The notes under the pieces were generated by a model. It made no database searches, was not told the DNA's origin, and saw only the letters and a program-made list of their open reading frames with translations. This document shows, piece by piece, positions 9,316 to 19,825 of a stretch of 60,265 bases of DNA. The DNA comes from Actinomycetota bacterium. Lineage in GTDB: Bacteria; Actinomycetota; Actinomycetes; S36-B12; UBA5976. Location: contig JAQCGN010000001.1 of assembly GCA_027730605.1 (NCBI GenBank), positions 1-60,265 of the forward strand. Reading direction: 5' to 3'. Within the stretch, counting starts at the first letter, position 1; each line of letters opens with the position of its first letter. Position numbers and translations under genes: made by a program.

Positions 9316-10593
9316 TTAACCCACTCGCTCTCTTTTGCCCAAGATTCCTTGTGGGCGAAATAGCAGCATAAGAATCATCACAAAAAGTGCACTCACAGTT
9401 TTTAGCTCTGTTGGTATTACTAGAGTAGAAACTTGAATTAAAACACCAATAGTAAGTGAACCAATCAAAGCTCCATATATTGTCCCTAGTCCACCAAGTG
9501 TGACTGAAGCAAACATAATCAATAGCAAAATTTGTCCCATTCTCCACGAAACATCCTGATTAATACCTATAGTTATTCCAGCAAGAGCGGCTAAAAATGC
9601 GCCCAGCGTCCACACATAGCTAATAACTCGTTCAACATCTATTCCAGTTGCAGAAGCAAGATCTGGATTATCTCTTACAGCCCGAGTGGCTTTGCCAATT
9701 TTTGAATTCTTCAGCCAATATAAAACAATCGCTAGAACCACAATTTCTATCACGGCTAAAATTATTGCTTTAGGTGTTACAGCAACACCAAAGATATTTA
9801 AACCAGGCTGAGCAGCATATTGGTTGTAGTTTCGGGGAGAGCCACCAAATGTTGCAAGTGCGGTGTATCTAAGTGTTAAAGCTAAACCAATAGAAACAAT
9901 CATCATTCCCATTAATCCAGTGCCTCGGCGTCGTAAAGGTTTCCATAGGTATCTGTTTTGTACCCAACCCCATAAAAATGCACTCATCATCAGTGATAGG
10001 GGAACAGCAAGGAGCATGTTTAATCCCACTAAATAGTTAAGAGTCCAGGCGGTGAATGCACCGAAAGTTAGAAGTTCGCCGTGTGAAAAGTTAGTTAGTC
10101 CAGTTGTGCCAAATATTAGGTTCAAACCCATAGCACCCAAGGCTATTGTTAATCCGAAAAGTAGACCATCGACAATTAATTGAGGAACTTTTGAATCTCT
10201 TTTTTCAATTATTTGGTCAGCACTTGTTCCAACTTGGGTTTTGAAAATAAGTCCTTTTGGTCCTTGGATAAATACTATTTCGCGCTGTGGTCCAGGATCT
10301 GCAATAGAAATTCCTTCAGGCAAACTTGAAACATCAATTGTTACTAGATACTTACCAGCAGTTGGGGCAGCTATTTCAAATTGACCATTTTGATCCGTAA
10401 CTCCTGTTACCGAGTTTTCATCATTTGCCAGAGTGATAGATACTCCACTTAATGGTTTTCCTGATGGATCAGAAATTTTTCCCGTAATCCCTGGGCCTTC
10501 TAAAGCTGAGGCTTGTGCTCCCATAAATACAGTAAGAAAAATTGACAGCAAAAAAGAAGTAAAAAGTCCTCGGGAAACAGACCTTTTAAACAT
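9316..10593 (-). CDS. livH: branched-chain amino acid ABC transporter permease LivH with about 135-aa N-terminal signal peptide plus beta-sandwich-like extension
   Basis: 425 aa. The core from about residue 136 (VPQLIVDGLLFGLTIALGAMGLNLIFGTTGLTNFSHGEL ... LLFRPQGILG) is LivH-like. Residues 1-135 hold a hydrophobic signal/anchor and a CarboxypepD_reg-like repeat (GKISDPSGKPLSGVSITL...TDQNGQFEI...GKYLVTI). Confidence 0.88.
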   Translation of the reverse strand: MFKRSVSRGLFTSFLLSIFLTVFMGAQASALEGPGITGKISDPSGKPLSGVSITLANDENSVTGVTDQNGQFEIAAPTAGKYLVTIDVSSLPEGISIADPGPQREIVFIQGPKGLIFKTQVGTSADQIIEKRDSKVPQLIVDGLLFGLTIALGAMGLNLIFGTTGLTNFSHGELLTFGAFTAWTLNYLVGLNMLLAVPLSLMMSAFLWGWVQNRYLWKPLRRRGTGLMGMMIVSIGLALTLRYTALATFGGSPRNYNQYAAQPGLNIFGVAVTPKAIILAVIEIVVLAIVLYWLKNSKIGKATRAVRDNPDLASATGIDVERVISYVWTLGAFLAALAGITIGINQDVSWRMGQILLLIMFASVTLGGLGTIYGALIGSLTIGVLIQVSTLVIPTELKTVSALFVMILMLLFRPQGILGKRERVG

Positions 10594-10729
10594 TGTTTTC
10601 GTTCCTACTCACTAGAGTGCTTTGAGCCTAGCCTCAAGACCGCTAAGTACCAATATTCCCAACATTTTTACTAACCTACCCCCGCAGGCTTGCTAAAGGC
10701 CAAGGGGGCATTACTGAATGTTCAAATAT

Positions 10730-11470
10730 CTATGAAAATATCGTCCAAATTTTTACGAGGATAGGGGCATATATAAGTGCAGGCAGTAAATCTGCCACGG
10801 GTAGTTGCTTTATTTTCAGTAAACGTAAACCAACGCCAACTAGAAGTAATCCACCTGTGACTGTCAATGCAATGACTTGAGCCTCGCTCAAGATATCTCC
10901 TAAGCCAAATCCAAGTAATGTAAAAATTCCTTGGTAAATCCCAACTGCTAAAGCTGAAAATGCCACCCCAATTCCAAGAGAAGCAGCAAAAGCAATTGAA
11001 GCAAAAAAGTCCAGTGATGATTTTAGAGCTAATTGTTCTATTCCTTTACCCAAGCCATCAGAAATAGAGCCAAGAATTGCCAGAGGTCCAACAACAAACA
11101 GTAAAGATGCGCTTACAAATCCTTCTACAAAATTAGAGTCATTTGTTTTAATTTTTTTGTTTAAAGATTTCTTAAGTCTCTTTCCAATACTCTCAAAGCG
11201 ATCTTCAAGTCTCCAGATAGATCCGGTGATGCCACCTAGAATTAAACTTCCTAAAACTACTAAAACACCTATGCCAGGTCCAAGTTCACGTTGAAACTCA
11301 GACTTTGTGATGTCAATTATTGATAAGCCTGCAACTAGTAATGTCATCAAACCAAGTGCATCTGTCACAACATTTCTAGTTCTATTTGACAGTCGATCAC
11401 CAAGTAATGTTCCTATTACGGCACCTACCACTATTGCAAAAAAATTGATTACTGTTCCAAGACCTATCAT
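10730..11470 (-). CDS. DUF554 family membrane protein
   Basis: 246 aa. MIGLGTVINFFAIVVGAVIG.., FVEGFVSASLLFVVGPLAILGSISDGL and LLPALIYAP match my memory of the DUF554 (YdfK/YqgA) family. Confidence 0.8.
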   Translation of the reverse strand: MIGLGTVINFFAIVVGAVIGTLLGDRLSNRTRNVVTDALGLMTLLVAGLSIIDITKSEFQRELGPGIGVLVVLGSLILGGITGSIWRLEDRFESIGKRLKKSLNKKIKTNDSNFVEGFVSASLLFVVGPLAILGSISDGLGKGIEQLALKSSLDFFASIAFAASLGIGVAFSALAVGIYQGIFTLLGFGLGDILSEAQVIALTVTGGLLLVGVGLRLLKIKQLPVADLLPALIYAPILVKIWTIFS

Positions 11471-11943
11471 TTACTTGATTTATCTCTAAAAAAAACTGTT
11501 AATCTAGCGGAAGCTGTTCTTTCATTTTTTTCATTGAATATTTCAATCACATAGCTTCCCGTTGATTTTCCTAAGTGACCAGGAGTTGCGATAGCTGTAA
11601 CTATTCCTTCTCTAACTCCTTTGTGATGTGTCACGTTCAAATCAACACCAACTGCCACTCGATCTGGGTAACCTGCCACATTTGCAGCAATTGAACCTAG
11701 TGTTTCTGCTAATAAGGCATTAGCACCGCCATTAAGAAGTCCTAAAGGTTGTCGATTTCCTAAAACTGGCATGGTGCCAACAGTTTTATTGGCACTTACC
11801 TCAACTAATTTGATTCCCATCCGTTCAGCCAGTTCTCCTAAACCAAAGTCATTTAATGCTTTAGTTAAGTCTGCTGCTGAGAGTTCGGTCATTTTAATAT
11901 CTGCACGCGTATTTTTTTGTGGTGTGCCATCGTCAATTGCCAT
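11467..11943 (-). CDS. PaaI-type hotdog-fold thioesterase
   Basis: 158 aa in the longest ORF. ...MGIKLVEVSANKTVGTMPV.GNRQP.GLLNGGANALLAETLGS..., typical of the PaaI/YbdB family. An alternative ATG at 11892 (MTELSAADL...) is likelier, because it leaves room for divergent promoters with polA. 4-nt overlap with the DUF554 gene. Confidence 0.8.
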   Translation of the reverse strand: MAIDDGTPQKNTRADIKMTELSAADLTKALNDFGLGELAERMGIKLVEVSANKTVGTMPVLGNRQPLGLLNGGANALLAETLGSIAANVAGYPDRVAVGVDLNVTHHKGVREGIVTAIATPGHLGKSTGSYVIEIFNEKNERTASARLTVFFRDKSSK

Positions 11944-11975
11944 ATCGCAAGCCTAGGATCACACTTGTGGATGAG

Positions 11976-14639
11976 ATGAAACGACCCGAACATTTATTAC
12001 TAGTCGATGGCCATTCTTTGGCATATCGGGCGTTCTATGCATTGCCTGTTGACAATTTTGCTACTAGTGCTGGCCAACCTACAAATGCAGTGTTTGGTTT
12101 CACCTCAATGTTAATAAATGCTTTAAAAGACGAAAAACCAACTCATTTAGCTATAGCTTTTGATGTTTCGAGAGAAACTTTTAGAAAAGAAATGTTTGCT
12201 GAATATAAAGCAAATAGGGCAAAAAGTCCTGATGAGTTTAGATCACAATTACCACTTATTAATGATGTGATAGCAGCTTTACAAATTCCTGGTATTGGTG
12301 TTAAAGGTTTTGAGGCAGATGATGTTATAGCAACTCTTGCCAAACAAGGAGAAAAGAAAGGTATGAGAGTTTCAATTCTCACAGGAGACAGAGATTCTTA
12401 CCAACTTGTTAACGAATCCATAACTGTGCTTTATGCAAGAAAAGGTGTATCTGATATCGCTCGCATGACACCTGAAGCTGTCAAAGAAAAATATGAATTA
12501 TCTCCCACGCAATATCCAGATTTTGCTGCATTAAGAGGAGATCCATCAGATAATTTACCTTCTGTTCCAAGTGTGGGGGAAAAAACTGCAATTAAATGGA
12601 TAAAAGAATATGGAAGTTTAGATGAATTAATAAATCACGCCGCAGAAATAACTGGCAAGGTTGGTGAGGCACTAAGAGCAAATATTGAACAAGTCAAACT
12701 TAATAGAAAAATGACAGAGTTAGTCAAAGATGTTGCTCTGGATTTATCGATTGATGATCTTGGGGTAAAAAGTCCTAATATGGACTTAGTGAATAAAGTC
12801 TTCACCGAATTAGAATTTAAATCTTTGCGTGAGAGACTTCTGGGATCTGGGTCAAGCAGAAAAGAAGAGAAGAAAACATTAAAAAGTGATTTTAAAATTT
12901 CAAAGTATTTTAAATCAGCATTTCTTGATTGGCTTACAAGTAACAAAACAAACCCAGTTGCGTTAGATGTCCAGTTTGAGGGAAATATTCATGGATTTAC
13001 AAATATTGCCTGGGGATTGAGTAATGCAAGCTCGGGAATAGCTTTTAGCGAATCAGATTTATCTCAAGAGGAGCATGCTGTTTTAGACAATTTTCTAAGT
13101 GATAGTAATTGTAAAAAAATAGTACACTCAGCAAAAGATTTTTATCAAATCTGCAAATTACGAAAAATAGATTTTCAAGGACTGCTATCTGATACAGAAA
13201 TAAGTGCCTACTTAGTTAATCCAGGGCTTCGAAGCTATGAGTTAGAAGACGTGGCAATGCGGGTTTTAGGTTTTGTTCCAGAACTAGCAAATGAAAATGA
13301 TGGACAACTGTCCTTGGGTGATGACTCTTTAAATGTGGAAAGCTTAGCAAGCAGAGCAAATACAATATTTCAATTGCATGGTGCCCTTTTAAGTCAAGTT
13401 GTGGAAAGAAATCTTGAAAAACTACTAACCGGATTAGAGCTTCCCTTAGTAAAAGTCATAGCCCAGATGGAAATTGCTGGTATAGCCGTTGACATGAAGA
13501 AACTAAACAATTTGGCAATTGAATTTGAGAAAACAGCAAATGGGTTTGAAAAAGATGCTTTCAAAATAGTAGGGCATGAATTTAATATGGGTTCTCCTAA
13601 GCAACTTCAAACTGTGTTATTTGAGGAAAGAAAGCTCCCTAAAACTAAAAAAACAAAAACCGGTTTTACAACTGATGCTGAAGGTTTGACTGAACTTTTT
13701 GCTAAAACTAAAGATCCTATTTTATCATCTATTTTGAGTTGGCGCGATATTACTAAGTTAAAACAAACTGTAGTATCCCTCATTCCACTTGCGGAAAAAG
13801 ATCAACGAATACACACCACATTTAATCAAACAGTTACCTCTACAGGACGGCTCTCAAGCACAGAGCCAAACATGCAAAATATTCCAATTAGAACTGATCA
13901 GGGAAAAAGAATTAGAGATTGTTTTATCTCTGGAAAGAATTATGAATGTTTATTAACGGCTGATTACAGTCAAATAGAAATGCGAATCATGGCTCATCTT
14001 TCTAACGATCCAGGACTAATTCAAGCATTCAAATCTGGAGAAGATTTACACACCACATCTGCTTCATTAGTTTTTGGAGTTAAACCAAATGAAGTTGATG
14101 CAGAGTTAAGACGACAAATTAAAGCTATTTCATACGGTTTGGCTTATGGCATGGGTGCTTATGGTTTGAGTCAATCTTTGGATATTGAAGTTAGTGCTGC
14201 ACAAAAGTTAATGGATGAATATTTCAAACGTTTTGGGGGAGTAAGAGATTATTTAGCACAAGTTGTCGAAGAAGCCAGAAAACTTGGTTATACCGAAACA
14301 ATTATGGGCAGACGTAGGTATTTTCCAGACTTAACTAGCACTGATAGACAAAGACGAGAAATGGCCGAACGTATGGCACTTAACGCACCGATTCAAGGAA
14401 GTGCGGCAGACATTGTTAAAAAAGCTATGTTGAATGCGGATGAGTTAATTTATAAAACAAACCTAAAATCAAGACTGCTATTACAAGTTCATGATGAACT
14501 TGTCTTCGAAGTTGCACGGGGTGAAAAAGACCAGGTTGAAGAACTTGCTCGAAAAGCCATGGCTGATGCGGCCCCTCTTAAAGTTCCATTGGATGTGTCA
14601 ATTGGTGTGGGTTCTTCGTGGGATGAGGCAGCCCACTAA
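11976..14639 (+). CDS. polA: DNA polymerase I
   Basis: 5'-nuclease (LLLVDGHSLAYRAFYAL), a degenerate 3'-5' exo region, and Pol A motifs (DYSQIEMRIMAH, RRQIKAISYGLAYGM, QVHDELVFE). I chose ATG 11976 (MKRPEH...). GTG 11967 or the longest ORF from 11919 are alternatives. Confidence 0.93.
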   Translation: MKRPEHLLLVDGHSLAYRAFYALPVDNFATSAGQPTNAVFGFTSMLINALKDEKPTHLAIAFDVSRETFRKEMFAEYKANRAKSPDEFRSQLPLINDVIAALQIPGIGVKGFEADDVIATLAKQGEKKGMRVSILTGDRDSYQLVNESITVLYARKGVSDIARMTPEAVKEKYELSPTQYPDFAALRGDPSDNLPSVPSVGEKTAIKWIKEYGSLDELINHAAEITGKVGEALRANIEQVKLNRKMTELVKDVALDLSIDDLGVKSPNMDLVNKVFTELEFKSLRERLLGSGSSRKEEKKTLKSDFKISKYFKSAFLDWLTSNKTNPVALDVQFEGNIHGFTNIAWGLSNASSGIAFSESDLSQEEHAVLDNFLSDSNCKKIVHSAKDFYQICKLRKIDFQGLLSDTEISAYLVNPGLRSYELEDVAMRVLGFVPELANENDGQLSLGDDSLNVESLASRANTIFQLHGALLSQVVERNLEKLLTGLELPLVKVIAQMEIAGIAVDMKKLNNLAIEFEKTANGFEKDAFKIVGHEFNMGSPKQLQTVLFEERKLPKTKKTKTGFTTDAEGLTELFAKTKDPILSSILSWRDITKLKQTVVSLIPLAEKDQRIHTTFNQTVTSTGRLSSTEPNMQNIPIRTDQGKRIRDCFISGKNYECLLTADYSQIEMRIMAHLSNDPGLIQAFKSGEDLHTTSASLVFGVKPNEVDAELRRQIKAISYGLAYGMGAYGLSQSLDIEVSAAQKLMDEYFKRFGGVRDYLAQVVEEARKLGYTETIMGRRRYFPDLTSTDRQRREMAERMALNAPIQGSAADIVKKAMLNADELIYKTNLKSRLLLQVHDELVFEVARGEKDQVEELARKAMADAAPLKVPLDVSIGVGSSWDEAAH

Positions 14640-14719
14640 CCACTGTGATGATGACTTTTCACCGTCAACTAATCTTTACAAAGGCTCGGAAGGTCCAAGT
14701 CAAAATAGAGAAGAAGTAA

Positions 14720-16072
14720 ATGTCCACAACTACTAGTGCAAGTCCGATTGTCGCAGTAAATGATGTTGGTACACCCGAAGAATTATTACTCGCAATTGAT
14801 GCGACTATTAAATATTTTAATGACGGAGACTTAGTCTCAGGAATCGTTGTAAAAATTGACCGTGATGAAGTTTTATTAGATATTGGTTATAAAACAGAAG
14901 GAGTTATTCCTTCTCGTGAACTTTCAATAAAGCACGACATTGATCCAAGTGAAATTGTTAAACCTGGAGATCGAATTGAAGCTTTAGTATTACAAAAAGA
15001 AGATAAAGAAGGTCGCTTAATTCTTTCCAAAAAACGTGCTCAGTATGAAAAAGCATGGGGAGATATTGAGAAAGTTAAGAATGAAGATGGAATAGTTAAA
15101 GGACATGTCATCGAAGTTGTCAAAGGTGGCTTAATTGTTGATATTGGACTTCGTGGATTCTTACCCGCTTCACTTGTTGAAATGCGTCGCGTAAGAGATT
15201 TGACTCCATATATTGGTAAAGATATAGAAGCAAAAATTATTGAATTAGACAAGAACAGAAACAATGTAGTGTTGTCTCGCCGTGCTTGGTTGGAGCAAAC
15301 ACAATCAGCTGTTCGTTCCACTTTCTTAAACCAATTGCAAAAAGGTCAAATTAGAACTGGTCAAATCTCTAGCATTGTTAATTTTGGCGCTTTTGTTGAT
15401 TTAGGTGGAGTAGATGGTTTAGTTCATGTTTCTGAATTATCTTGGAAACATATTGAACATCCTTCAGAAGTCGTAGAAGTTGGTCAAGAAGTAACTGTGG
15501 AAGTACTAGAAGTTGATATGGAAAGAGAAAGAGTTTCTCTATCCTTGAAATCTACTCAAGAAGATCCTTGGCAACAATTCTCAAGATCTCATCAAATCAA
15601 TCAAGTGGTTCCTGGAAAAGTTACCAAACTTGTTCCATTCGGAGCTTTTATTCGTGTTGCTGATGGAATCGAAGGACTTGTGCATATCTCAGAGCTTTCC
15701 GAAAATCAGGTAGAAATTCCTGAACAAGTTGTGCAAGTAAATCAAGAAGTCACAGTTAAAATTATCGACATTGATTTAGAACGCAGAAGAATTTCACTTT
15801 CTGTTAAACAAGCAGGAGAAAAAGGTGAAGCCCGTGCTGCATTTGATCCATACCAGTATGGAATGCCACCTGCATTTGATTCAGCTGGAAAATATATTGG
15901 ACCAGAAGGTTTTAACCCTGAAACTGGGGAATGGAAATCTGGCTTTGAAGAACAAAAGAAAGAATGGGAAAAGCAATACGCTGATGCACTTGCTAAATGG
16001 CAAACCGAAAAAGATGCAAAAGCCACTAACCCTGAACTTGCCGCGTTAAGCGACAAATTAGATTCAAACTAG
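14720..16072 (+). CDS. rpsA: 30S ribosomal protein S1
   Basis: 450 aa with repeated S1 domains (G.VV.I....V.LDIGYK.EG.IP..ELS etc.). Conserved polA-rpsA-coaE-uvrB order. Confidence 0.95.
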   Translation: MSTTTSASPIVAVNDVGTPEELLLAIDATIKYFNDGDLVSGIVVKIDRDEVLLDIGYKTEGVIPSRELSIKHDIDPSEIVKPGDRIEALVLQKEDKEGRLILSKKRAQYEKAWGDIEKVKNEDGIVKGHVIEVVKGGLIVDIGLRGFLPASLVEMRRVRDLTPYIGKDIEAKIIELDKNRNNVVLSRRAWLEQTQSAVRSTFLNQLQKGQIRTGQISSIVNFGAFVDLGGVDGLVHVSELSWKHIEHPSEVVEVGQEVTVEVLEVDMERERVSLSLKSTQEDPWQQFSRSHQINQVVPGKVTKLVPFGAFIRVADGIEGLVHISELSENQVEIPEQVVQVNQEVTVKIIDIDLERRRISLSVKQAGEKGEARAAFDPYQYGMPPAFDSAGKYIGPEGFNPETGEWKSGFEEQKKEWEKQYADALAKWQTEKDAKATNPELAALSDKLDSN

Positions 16073-16091
16073 TTCAGATTTATAAGCCAAC

Positions 16092-16688
16092 ATGAAAGTT
16101 GGATTAACAGGCGGCATCGGTGCTGGTAAAAGCACCGTTGCCGATTTGTTTTCTAAAAAAGGCGCCATTGTCATAAGAGCCGATGAGTTATCTCGCCAAG
16201 TTATTGAACCTGCAACAAGTGGATTTGCCTCAGTCGTCTCACGATTTGGGCAAGAAATAGTTGATGAAAACGGATTCATCAGCAGAACAAAACTTGCTGA
16301 CATAGTTTTTAAAGATGACTTAGCTTTACAAGATTTAGAAAATATCATTCATCCACTAGTTAGAAGTAAAACAAATGAAATAATGTCTAATCAGACATCG
16401 GAAACTATTATTGTCAACGAGGTTCCATTACTATTAGAAAAAAACATGAAAGATTTATATGACTTTCTAGTAGTTGTGGTGTCAAGTCAAAAAAATAGGC
16501 TTGATCGATTAGCAAAAAATGGATTAACAGCTAAACAGGCACTTTCTCGAATGGCTAAACAAATTGACGATGAAACTCGCAAGAACGCTGCTGATTTCCT
16601 TATAGTAAACGATGGAAATCTTGAGCAATTAGACTCAGATGTTGAAAGAATTTGGCAAACACTTAAAGAAAGAAACTTTAAATCCTAA
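16092..16688 (+). CDS. coaE: dephospho-CoA kinase
   Basis: 198 aa. MKVGLTGGIGAGKSTVA P-loop N-terminus. A single-domain form, without the C-terminal extension seen in mycobacterial CoaE. Confidence 0.9.
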   Translation: MKVGLTGGIGAGKSTVADLFSKKGAIVIRADELSRQVIEPATSGFASVVSRFGQEIVDENGFISRTKLADIVFKDDLALQDLENIIHPLVRSKTNEIMSNQTSETIIVNEVPLLLEKNMKDLYDFLVVVVSSQKNRLDRLAKNGLTAKQALSRMAKQIDDETRKNAADFLIVNDGNLEQLDSDVERIWQTLKERNFKS

Positions 16689-18752
16689 ATGAGACCAGTA
16701 AATGATTTAATCAGGACAGTCGCCCCTTTCAAGGTTGAGGCAGATTACCAACCTGCAGGAGATCAACCAGCGGCCATAAAAGATCTAGAAAGTCGAATTA
16801 AAAAAGGTGAAAAAGACATAGTCCTTTTAGGAGCAACTGGAACTGGAAAATCTGCAACCACTGCGTGGTTGATTGAGAAACTACAAAGACCAACTTTAAT
16901 AATTGAACCCAATAAAACATTGGCAGCACAAATTGCTAATGAATTGCGTGAGATGCTTCCTAATAATGCAGTGGAATATTTTGTGTCTTATTACGACTAC
17001 TACCAACCAGAAGCCTATGTCCCGCAGACTGACACATTTATTGAAAAAGATTCCAGCATAAATGAAGAAGTAGAAAGGTTAAGGCATTCTGCTACAAGTG
17101 CTCTTCTTACTAGAAGAGATGTGGTGGTTGTGGCAACTGTTTCTTGCATTTATGGGTTAGGAACTCCTGAAGAATACGTTAAGCAAGCTATTCGAATAAG
17201 GAAAAATCAAGATTTTTCAAGAGATAAATTGCTTCGTCAATTAGTCAATATCCAGTACACCAGAAATGATTACGCATTTGAACGAGGAACATTCAGAGTC
17301 AGGGGTGATACGGTAGAAATTTTTCCTGCTTATGAGGAACATCCAGTTCGAATCGAAATGTTTGGTGATGAAATTGAAAGAATTATGACACTGCATCCAT
17401 TAACTGGTGAAATTTTAACCGATGATGAAGAGATGTTTATTTTTCCAGCCACTCACTATGTCGCAAGTCCTGAGCAAACAGCCAAAGCCTTATCAGGAAT
17501 AGAAGTTGAATTAATGCACAGAGTAAAGGAATTAGAGAGTCAGAATAAATTATTAGAGGCCCAAAGAATCAAAATGCGCACAGCTTTCGATTTAGAAATG
17601 ATAAGAGAATTAGGTTTTTGCTCTGGGATTGAAAACTATTCAAGATATTTCGACGATCGGGCACCCGGTAGTGCGCCTAATTGTTTGCTTGACTATTTTC
17701 CTGAGGATTTCTTATGTGTAATTGATGAATCTCATGTAACAGTTCCTCAAATTGGTGGCATGTATGAGGGAGATGCATCACGCAAGAGGACTTTGGTTGA
17801 ATATGGATTTCGACTACCAAGTGCTATGGATAACAGACCATTGAAGTTTGTGGAATTTGAACAAAGAGTTGGTCAAACAGTTTATCTGTCTGCTACTCCT
17901 GGACCTTATGAATTAGCCAAAGTCACATCAGTAGTTGAACAAGTAATTCGTCCCACCGGATTAGTGGATCCAGAAGTTGAAGTTCGACCCACTAAAGGAC
18001 AAATCGATGACTTGGTGCATGAAATCAAAATTAGGGCAGAAAAAGGACAAAGGACACTTGTTACTACTCTGACAAAAAAGATGTCCGAGGATTTAACAGA
18101 TTATTTCTTAGAAAAGGATATGCGAGTTCGATATCTTCATTCAGAAATAGACACCTTAAAAAGAGTCGAATTATTACGTGGACTAAGAATAGGTGAATTT
18201 GATTGTTTGGTTGGAATTAATCTGTTGCGAGAAGGACTTGATTTACCAGAAGTGTCTTTAGTTGCAATTCTTGATGCTGACAAGGAAGGATTTTTGAGGT
18301 CAGAGAAATCACTAATTCAAACAATTGGGCGTGCAGCACGAAATGTTGATGGGCAAGTAATTATGTATGCAGATAACATCACAAAATCAATGAAGAAAGC
18401 ACTAGAAGAAACAAATCGCCGACGAGAAAAGCAAGTAGCTCATAACCTTGCCGAAGGCATTGATCCAACTCCTTTGAGAAAGAAAATTTCAGATATCAAT
18501 GACTCAATTATCAAAGAAGATGCTGATACTGAACTAGTACTTGAGGAAGCCTTGTCTTTGAAAAAGCTTCGAAAAGACAAAAAAGATGGGTTAAGTCCGG
18601 CTCAGGACCTGGCAGAGCTAATAACCGAACTGACAGCCCAAATGAAATTGGCAGCTTCGGAACTAAATTTTGAGTTGGCGGCTCGTTATCGTGATGAAAT
18701 TCATGAGTTGAAAAAAGAATTACGCCAGATGGTTGCAGCCGGTCACGCCTAA
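16689..18752 (+). CDS. uvrB: excinuclease ABC subunit B
   Basis: 687 aa. [20 protein letters not shown], helicase motifs and a C-terminal UVR domain ([17 protein letters not shown]). The start abuts the coaE stop. Confidence 0.96.
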   Translation: MRPVNDLIRTVAPFKVEADYQPAGDQPAAIKDLESRIKKGEKDIVLLGATGTGKSATTAWLIEKLQRPTLIIEPNKTLAAQIANELREMLPNNAVEYFVSYYDYYQPEAYVPQTDTFIEKDSSINEEVERLRHSATSALLTRRDVVVVATVSCIYGLGTPEEYVKQAIRIRKNQDFSRDKLLRQLVNIQYTRNDYAFERGTFRVRGDTVEIFPAYEEHPVRIEMFGDEIERIMTLHPLTGEILTDDEEMFIFPATHYVASPEQTAKALSGIEVELMHRVKELESQNKLLEAQRIKMRTAFDLEMIRELGFCSGIENYSRYFDDRAPGSAPNCLLDYFPEDFLCVIDESHVTVPQIGGMYEGDASRKRTLVEYGFRLPSAMDNRPLKFVEFEQRVGQTVYLSATPGPYELAKVTSVVEQVIRPTGLVDPEVEVRPTKGQIDDLVHEIKIRAEKGQRTLVTTLTKKMSEDLTDYFLEKDMRVRYLHSEIDTLKRVELLRGLRIGEFDCLVGINLLREGLDLPEVSLVAILDADKEGFLRSEKSLIQTIGRAARNVDGQVIMYADNITKSMKKALEETNRRREKQVAHNLAEGIDPTPLRKKISDINDSIIKEDADTELVLEEALSLKKLRKDKKDGLSPAQDLAELITELTAQMKLAASELNFELAARYRDEIHELKKELRQMVAAGHA

Positions 18753-18771
18753 TCAGATACATTGAGAATAT

Positions 18772-19797
18772 ATGGAAGAACCATTATGGGTCTGGGTCGT
18801 AACCGTATTAGCCTTTTTTACTGTTTATACAGCTGAGTTCATTTATGCAAAACGACATCCTCATGTTGTTCAATTTCGGGAGGCTGCCAAGTGGGTAATT
18901 GTATACATTGCTGCCGCCGTATTATTCGGCATCGGAATTTGGGTCATTAAAGGACCAGAATCGGGTATTGAGTTTTTTGCAGGCTGGATAACTGAATACA
19001 GCTTAAGTGTTGATAATTTATTTGTATTTGTAATTATCCTCTCAGCATTCGCAGTTCCTGCAATTTATCAACAAGAAGTACTTCAAGTAGGAATTATTGG
19101 TGCACTCGTGCTTAGGTTTCTTTTCATCATTATTGGTGCAGCAGCAATTGCTAAATTCTCATGGATATTTTTTATATTTGGTGCATTTCTTCTTTATACC
19201 GCATACAAGCTCGCTTCAAATCACGGAACCGAAAGTGATCCATCACAAAATAAAGTTCTCAAGTTAGCTGAAAAATATTTACCTGTGACACCTATTTACC
19301 ATGAGGGTGCATTTCGAGTAAAAATCGATGGTAAGAAATATTTCACTCCGTTGTTTATTGTAATGATTGCAATATTTACTACTGATATTCTTTTCGCCTT
19401 GGATTCCATTCCCGCAATTTTTGGATTGACTGATGATCCCTATATTGTGTTCACTGCGAACGCGTTTGCTCTCATGGGACTTCGTCAAATGTATTTCATG
19501 CTGGACGGACTATTAGATCGACTCATTTATTTGTCATATGGTTTATCAGTAATTCTCGGATTTATCGGTGTAAAACTTATTTTGCATGCAGCCCATGAGA
19601 ATGGTTTTAAATCAGCACCTGAAATTTCAACACCTGTCTCACTTGTCGTCATTGTCACAGTTTTGGCAATAACTGTTTTCACTTCATTAAGGCAAACCAA
19701 ACTACATCCCGAATTAGCCCATAAACCCGGGCAAAAAGCAGCAGGGTCTGCGATTGCTGATATCAAAAGAGAACATCCAGACGTTGAGCAAGCGTAA
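18772..19797 (+). CDS. TerC family integral membrane protein
   Basis: 341 aa polytopic protein. EYSLSVDNLFVF and FALDSIPAIFGLT motifs of the TerC/Alx family. Confidence 0.85.
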   Translation: MEEPLWVWVVTVLAFFTVYTAEFIYAKRHPHVVQFREAAKWVIVYIAAAVLFGIGIWVIKGPESGIEFFAGWITEYSLSVDNLFVFVIILSAFAVPAIYQQEVLQVGIIGALVLRFLFIIIGAAAIAKFSWIFFIFGAFLLYTAYKLASNHGTESDPSQNKVLKLAEKYLPVTPIYHEGAFRVKIDGKKYFTPLFIVMIAIFTTDILFALDSIPAIFGLTDDPYIVFTANAFALMGLRQMYFMLDGLLDRLIYLSYGLSVILGFIGVKLILHAAHENGFKSAPEISTPVSLVVIVTVLAITVFTSLRQTKLHPELAHKPGQKAAGSAIADIKREHPDVEQA

Positions 19798-19799
19798 AT

Positions 19800-19825
19800 A
19801 AGGCTAAAGCATTAGCCTTTATTAA
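19800..19825 (+). terminator. putative intrinsic terminator after the TerC gene
   Basis: AAGGCTAA-AGCA-TTAGCCTT (8-bp stem, 19800-19819) followed by TATTAAA. The T-tract is weak. The hairpin ends 6 nt before the uvrA ATG. Confidence 0.5.

Noticed and set aside
9008-9547. 179-aa minus-strand ORF spanning the livM/livH junction.
   Set aside because: It is an alternative frame entirely inside the well-supported livM and livH genes. Its composition is odd (rich in Cys, Trp, Asn and Phe) with no motifs. It is an out-of-frame artefact.
10594-10729. Two hairpins in the livH leader / DUF554 3' region, examined as possible ANTAR dual-hairpin targets or terminators. Read on the minus strand they are CCCCC..GGC-loop-GCC..GGGGG and TTGAG-GCTAGG-CTCAA.
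   Set aside because: The hexaloop GCTAGG does not fit the ANTAR loop pattern I recall (A at position 1, G at position 4). The first hairpin is imperfect with a 9-nt loop. Neither is followed by a T-tract. No call is supportable without covariation data.
11919-11975. Longest-ORF N-terminus of polA (MVCHRQLPYRKPRITLVDE), overlapping the thioesterase gene start on the other strand.
   Set aside because: The conserved 5'-nuclease N-terminus begins at MKRPEHLLLVDGHS (ATG 11976). The extension has no counterpart in Pol I and would remove all promoter space.
16092-16688. The short, single-domain CoaE (198 aa), compared with the two-domain mycobacterial enzyme, as a possible truncation or pseudogene.
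   Set aside because: The kinase domain is complete, with a P-loop through to the C-terminal helix. Single-domain CoaE is the norm in most bacteria, and the uvrB start abuts cleanly.
18753-18771. Possible yybP-ykoY (manganese) riboswitch upstream of the TerC-family gene.
   Set aside because: Only 19 nt separate the uvrB stop from the TerC start. That is far too short for the riboswitch, unless it lay inside uvrB coding sequence, which I see no sign of.
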